A stretch of DNA of 64,000 bases. It comes from a bacterium. Lineage in GTDB: Bacteria > UBA8248. Shown one piece after another: positions 59,780-64,000 of the stretch (positions within the stretch are counted from its first letter, which is position 1; every line of letters starts with the position of its first letter). Both the position numbers and the translations under genes were made by a program. The stretch is taken from positions 2,464,001-2,528,000 of the forward strand of contig OZ241326.1 of assembly GCA_965199855.1 (NCBI GenBank), in the 5' to 3' direction. The notes under the pieces are model-generated. The model saw only the letters and a program-made list of their open reading frames with translations, had not been told where the DNA came from and did not search any database.

Positions 59780-60976
59780 ATGCCACCTGCCCTGAACCCT
59801 CATCGGCGATTCCAATCCGTCGTCCTCGCGCTGTTCGCGTTCGCGCTTCTCCTCTCGTTCGGCGCCGATTCGGCCTCCGCGCGAAAAAAGAGAGCCCGAA
59901 AGAAGGTCGTCCCCTATCGCTCCATCCTGCTGCTCGACGCGAATACCGGGCGCGTCCTGAAATCGCGCAACGCGCGCTATGGCGCGAGGCCCGCCTCCAT
60001 CGTCAAGATGATGACGTCGCTTCTCGCCATGGAGCACGTCAGGAAAGGCGCCGCCAGCCTCGATGACGTCATCGCCACCAGCAGGCGCGCCTCCCGAATC
60101 GGGGGCCAGCAGGTGTATCTGAAGCAGGGCGAAAAGTTTCGCCTGAGAGACCTGATGAAGTCCGTCATCATCAGCTCCGCGAACGATTCCTCCTACGCCG
60201 TGGCGGAGCACGTCGCCGGAGACGCCGAAGCCTTCATCGAGATGATGAACCTGCGCGCCGAGGAACTCGGCATGACGGACACCCGCTTCGTCAACGTCAA
60301 CGGCCTGCCCGAGCGAAGGGGAAAGCCGGGCAACCGGATGAGCGCGCGCGACGCCGGCATCCTCGCCCGCGAACTGCTGAAATATCCGCTGATCATGAAG
60401 TGGAGCTCCACCCCAAGCGCCCCGTTCCGCAACGGAGAATTCACCCTCACCAACACGAACCGCCTCCTGGGGCGGTTTCGCGGCATGGACGGCCTGAAGA
60501 CGGGCTATCACAAAAAGGCGGGGTTCAGCATCGTCGCCACGGCGAAGCGCAGAAACCTGCGGCTCATCGCCGTCGTCATGGGTTCGAGCCATTCCAAGCG
60601 CCGCTTCAGGGAGGCCAGGCGTCTGCTCGCCTGGGGCTTCGCCCAATACCGCTGGGTCGACGCCTGGAAGCAAGGGAAATGGAAGCCGCGGCCTGTCGCG
60701 GTGCTCGGCGGCCACAAACGGACGCTTCGCCTACAGCCGAAGGGAGAAGTGAAGGCGCTGGTGCGGCGCGGCGAGGAGAAGCGCATTTCCATGAAGGCGG
60801 AACTGCCCGAGGCCGTCGCCGCGCCCGTCCGCGCCGGCCAGAAGGTGGGCCGCGTCGTCTATGAATTCGGCGGAAGCAAACTGGGCGAAATCACGCTCGT
60901 GGCGGCCGAGCCGGTGAAGAAGCTGGGCTTTTTCCAGTCCCTGATGCGGCTCTCGGTTCGCGGCGGCGAGAAATGA
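59780..60976 (+). CDS. D-alanyl-D-alanine carboxypeptidase (peptidase S11, PBP5/6 type)
   Basis: PASIVK (SxxK), SAN (SxN), GLKTG, C-terminal APVRAGQKVG. Confidence 0.92.
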   Translation: MPPALNPHRRFQSVVLALFAFALLLSFGADSASARKKRARKKVVPYRSILLLDANTGRVLKSRNARYGARPASIVKMMTSLLAMEHVRKGAASLDDVIATSRRASRIGGQQVYLKQGEKFRLRDLMKSVIISSANDSSYAVAEHVAGDAEAFIEMMNLRAEELGMTDTRFVNVNGLPERRGKPGNRMSARDAGILARELLKYPLIMKWSSTPSAPFRNGEFTLTNTNRLLGRFRGMDGLKTGYHKKAGFSIVATAKRRNLRLIAVVMGSSHSKRRFREARRLLAWGFAQYRWVDAWKQGKWKPRPVAVLGGHKRTLRLQPKGEVKALVRRGEEKRISMKAELPEAVAAPVRAGQKVGRVVYEFGGSKLGEITLVAAEPVKKLGFFQSLMRLSVRGGEK

Positions 60977-60979
60977 AGC

Positions 60980-62206
60980 CTACTCCGGGGAGATATCGCC
61001 CGTCTTTCCCATAAACGGCAGGGCGGTCGCCAGAAACGCGATCATCACCACCTCGGAATCGCCAAAATTGTATTCAAACACCCCCGCGCTCAGGAAGGCG
61101 GCGGCGGAGGCCAGACCGCCCACCATCCGAAACCGCGTTCCGAAGGGCTGCGGCCCCGCGTCCCGCATTCGCCGAATCACCAGGATGAAATACCCGACCC
61201 ACGCCCAAATCCAGGCGCCCAGGGCGAAAACGCCCCGCTCGGCGGCCAGGTGCGCCACGTTGTTGTGCAGATGGCCGGTGGACTTCTTGATCGCCCCGGG
61301 GTTCGCGTATTGCCCGTAGCTGGCCTTGATCTGATCGGGGCCGAAGCCCAGCCATTTCCTGTCCATCCACATCCGGAAGCCGCTTTCCCACATGTACAGC
61401 CGCTCCACGGCCGTCGCGTCCCGGGGGTTCATGATGCTCTTCGCGCGCCGGCGAACGGAATCGGGCGCCAGGAACACCGTCAATACCGCCACCATCGCCA
61501 GGAACAGGACGGCCTTCCTGCTCCGGCTCGCCGCGGCGATCACCGCCATCCCCACGGCGAAGCCGACCCATGCGTTGCGGCTGAAGGTGCTCGCCAGCGC
61601 CGCGATGATCAGCAGGGCCAGCGCCCATATCCAGGCGTCCCTCCATCCCCGGGAGGACGTGAAGAGCCAGGAAAGCGCCAGAGCGGCGACCAGGAGCAGG
61701 AAGCCGCCGAGCGTCATGTAGATGCTGAAAAAGCCCGACATCCGGTTGAGCAGCGAGAAGGGCAGCCGTAGCCAGACGACGAGGGTCCACAGAGCGGCCG
61801 CGCCCGCGGCGAGAAAGAGCGCCTTCGCCAGCCAAAGCGCCTCCCGGTCGTCCTCGACCACGTTGAGCGCCAGATAAAAAATCAGTATCTGGCTCAGCTC
61901 CCTGGACTGGATGAGGCCCTTCACCGAATCGTCGGAATGAAAGGCGCTCGCGAGGGTCAGGATCGCGAAGAGGAGCCAGGGTCTCCACAGCGGAAACCTC
62001 TGGGCGAGCAGGGGGGCCTGCCCCCTCGCGCCCATGGAGGCGAGCCACGCCGCGATGGCCGTGAAGACGCATATCTGGGCGAGGGATATCGAAAACGGCG
62101 CGCTGACGGCGAAGCCGAAAAGTCCGCCGAACGCTACGCGGGAGAGCGGGGAGCGCCTGCGGAAGCGCCCGCCCAGATCGATGAAGGAGGCTCTCAATTC
62201 ATCCAT
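60980..62206 (-). CDS. O-antigen ligase (WaaL/Wzy_C) family protein
   Basis: Polytopic; TFSRNAW, RLYMW, LGFG, HLHNN; start MDELRAS overlaps the upstream stop. Confidence 0.88.
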   Translation of the reverse strand: MDELRASFIDLGGRFRRRSPLSRVAFGGLFGFAVSAPFSISLAQICVFTAIAAWLASMGARGQAPLLAQRFPLWRPWLLFAILTLASAFHSDDSVKGLIQSRELSQILIFYLALNVVEDDREALWLAKALFLAAGAAALWTLVVWLRLPFSLLNRMSGFFSIYMTLGGFLLLVAALALSWLFTSSRGWRDAWIWALALLIIAALASTFSRNAWVGFAVGMAVIAAASRSRKAVLFLAMVAVLTVFLAPDSVRRRAKSIMNPRDATAVERLYMWESGFRMWMDRKWLGFGPDQIKASYGQYANPGAIKKSTGHLHNNVAHLAAERGVFALGAWIWAWVGYFILVIRRMRDAGPQPFGTRFRMVGGLASAAAFLSAGVFEYNFGDSEVVMIAFLATALPFMGKTGDISPE

Positions 62207-63017
62207 GAGCTCGCTTCCTGCCGGGATCGAACGCGCTTCGATAGGCGCGGACGACCCTCTTGTATTGGCGTTTGAAAAGAACTCGCTTCCGCAGGATATC
62301 CTCCATGCGCCTTGTGAACCGAAGCAATCTGGCCATCCGGCCGGAAGATGAATCCACGATGAAATGCTCCCCGATATCACTCTCCATCTCCACGTCGTGG
62401 TCGGCAAGCGGCGGAACAATCGTTCCCTCCAGAAAGCCGGTGCCCCACCAGCGGCGCAGGAGGGTGTCTATCGGCATCTGGACGCGCCCATGGCCCAGTA
62501 TTCGAGCGGCGGCTCGCTCATTGATTACGTATGCGGAACTCCCGTCAAGACTGCCGTATTTCTTAAGACGGATCTGACGGTCGGCGCCTATCGGTCCGAC
62601 GGGCAGGGAGGGCATGTCCGGTCGCCTGTCCTCCAGCATGAGAATGTCGAACTCCCGGGCCGCCATGCGCAACTGCTCAAGATACGCGGGAAGCTCTTCG
62701 GAGAGGATCGCGTCATCCTCCAATATGAGGACGCATTTTTCGCCCCTTCCCAGCATCGCTCGATAGACGTTCAGATGGGCGAGATAGCATCCAATCTGCC
62801 CGGCGGAAGGGAGGGTCCCGTGATGATAGATTTGCGCTATCCTCCGCTGCGTTTTCAGATCGCGCAAAGTCGCCAGGACTTCCTCGCTCTCCCCGCGAAG
62901 ATCCACTCCGTCAATCCAGGAAAAATCCAGCCCCAAAGCCTCGAGTCGAGACCGCATTCGGGCGCGCCTGTCCTTGGCCGTTTTCAGGGAGATGACGAAG
63001 ATTCGCATCCGCTTCAC
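62199..63017 (-). CDS. Glycosyltransferase family 25 (LPS biosynthesis)
   Basis: IFVISL...DRR, IDGVD, GQIGCYLAH, LILEDDA, AYVI, MPID. Confidence 0.9.
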   Translation of the reverse strand: MKRMRIFVISLKTAKDRRARMRSRLEALGLDFSWIDGVDLRGESEEVLATLRDLKTQRRIAQIYHHGTLPSAGQIGCYLAHLNVYRAMLGRGEKCVLILEDDAILSEELPAYLEQLRMAAREFDILMLEDRRPDMPSLPVGPIGADRQIRLKKYGSLDGSSAYVINERAAARILGHGRVQMPIDTLLRRWWGTGFLEGTIVPPLADHDVEMESDIGEHFIVDSSSGRMARLLRFTRRMEDILRKRVLFKRQYKRVVRAYRSAFDPGRKRAHG

Positions 63018-63093
63018 TCCTCAACGCTTGAGCGTCTCAACAGCTTCGGCCGGCCGCGCAGGGTTCGACAACTTCCGCGCCGCGCCGGAATCT

Positions 63094-64000
63094 TCAGGAG
63101 CCGCGGCCTCTCGATTCGATAATTTCCCGATAAAGCCTTTCGGTCGCGTCGGCGTTCGCCCGCCAGGTGAATTTCAGCGAAAGCGCGCGCGCCGCCGCGC
63201 CCATGGCGGCCGCTTTCTCCTCATCCATGCACAGGCAGAGGAGGCGCGCAATCTCGTCCGCGTCCGTCGGGTCGTCGAGAACGAAGCCCTCCTTCCCGTC
63301 GGTGATGATTTCCGCCGCGCCGCTTCTCGATGAAAACACGCAAGGCAGGCCGCTCGCCATCGCTTCGAGGTAAGTGCTTCCAAAAGGCTCATACAGGGAA
63401 GGAAGCGCGAAGGCGTCCGCCGCGCGATAGAGCAGGGCCGTGGGCACGTCGTCATCCACGAAGCGAAACCGCTCCCCCACGCCACGCGAGCGAGCGAGCC
63501 GCTCGCAGGCGCCCCTCGCGCCCCGGCCGCGCGCCAGCAGGCGAGGCGTCCTGCCGCCTCGCGGGCTTTTCATCCCGGCGAGGCCCTCTATCAGATGGCG
63601 CAGCCCCTTCCTGAAAAAACCGGTTCCCACGTAGAGCGCGGCGAAGTCGCTCTCCGCCAGGCCGATTCTGTTCCTTATCTCCTCGCGCTCCGACGCTTCC
63701 GGCGGCCGGAACTCCTCGGCGTCCACGCTGTTGTAGATGACGGGAACTTTCCTCAGCCCGAAATGCCTCTCGACCTCCGCGGCCCCTTTTCGGCTGATGG
63801 CCGTCACTATCTTCGCTCCGCCCCCGCCCATGAGGTTTTCCTCGAGCCCCAGAAGGACTTTGTGGAGCGGGTCCAGGCTTCTGACGAACCTCGCCCAGGG
63901 CGAAAGGCGCGGGGAGGACGCGCGCAGCCACTCGCGATGCAGCCCCTCCTCCGCATGATAGACGTCGCACCTGTTGATCCGAGCGCATGAGTGGCTGACG
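63094..64000 (-). CDS. Glycosyltransferase family 4 (WaaG-like), 5'-partial
   Basis: DVYHAEEGLHREWL, IYNSVD, GFFRKG, PSLYEPFG..YLEAMASGLP; the frame stays open to the window edge. Confidence 0.88.
   Translation of the reverse strand, partial: VSHSCARINRCDVYHAEEGLHREWLRASSPRLSPWARFVRSLDPLHKVLLGLEENLMGGGGAKIVTAISRKGAAEVERHFGLRKVPVIYNSVDAEEFRPPEASEREEIRNRIGLAESDFAALYVGTGFFRKGLRHLIEGLAGMKSPRGGRTPRLLARGRGARGACERLARSRGVGERFRFVDDDVPTALLYRAADAFALPSLYEPFGSTYLEAMASGLPCVFSSRSGAAEIITDGKEGFVLDDPTDADEIARLLCLCMDEEKAAAMGAAARALSLKFTWRANADATERLYREIIESRGRGS

Overview
GC-rich bacterial chromosomal window of about 57 protein genes plus one tRNA-Val(TAC). Most genes are for nutrient scavenging and catabolism: a LIV-type ABC transporter, an Fe/polyamine-type ABC transporter, zur-znuABC, hydantoinase A/B, amidase, sarcosine-oxidase-like, TPP enzyme, LLM monooxygenase and TcuA. 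dapA, a D,D-carboxypeptidase and LPS glycosyltransferases lie at the right end. Points the ORF track does not show: (1) two genes broken by an in-frame TGA exactly at the catalytic Cys (a two-domain sulfurtransferase, 16382-17224, and an OsmC-like protein, 48462-49040), each followed by a similarly placed SECIS-like hairpin, so probably selenoproteins; (2) a self-contained autotransporter unit (promoter, 23 x AACTTCCC 5'-UTR microsatellite, CDS, terminator) bracketed by two ~330-bp direct repeats built from several different GTAG-type REP palindromes; (3) an AT-rich defence-like island edge (Z1/SF2 ATPase plus an uncalled small partner), a solitary Type IIG-like R-M gene with variant motifs, and a NYN RNase directly behind the tRNA; (4) an unrecognised protein made of two ~100-aa tandem repeats; (5) two frameshifted genes. 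No CRISPR array, rRNA or transposase was seen. All calls come from reading motifs by eye; no database searches were run.
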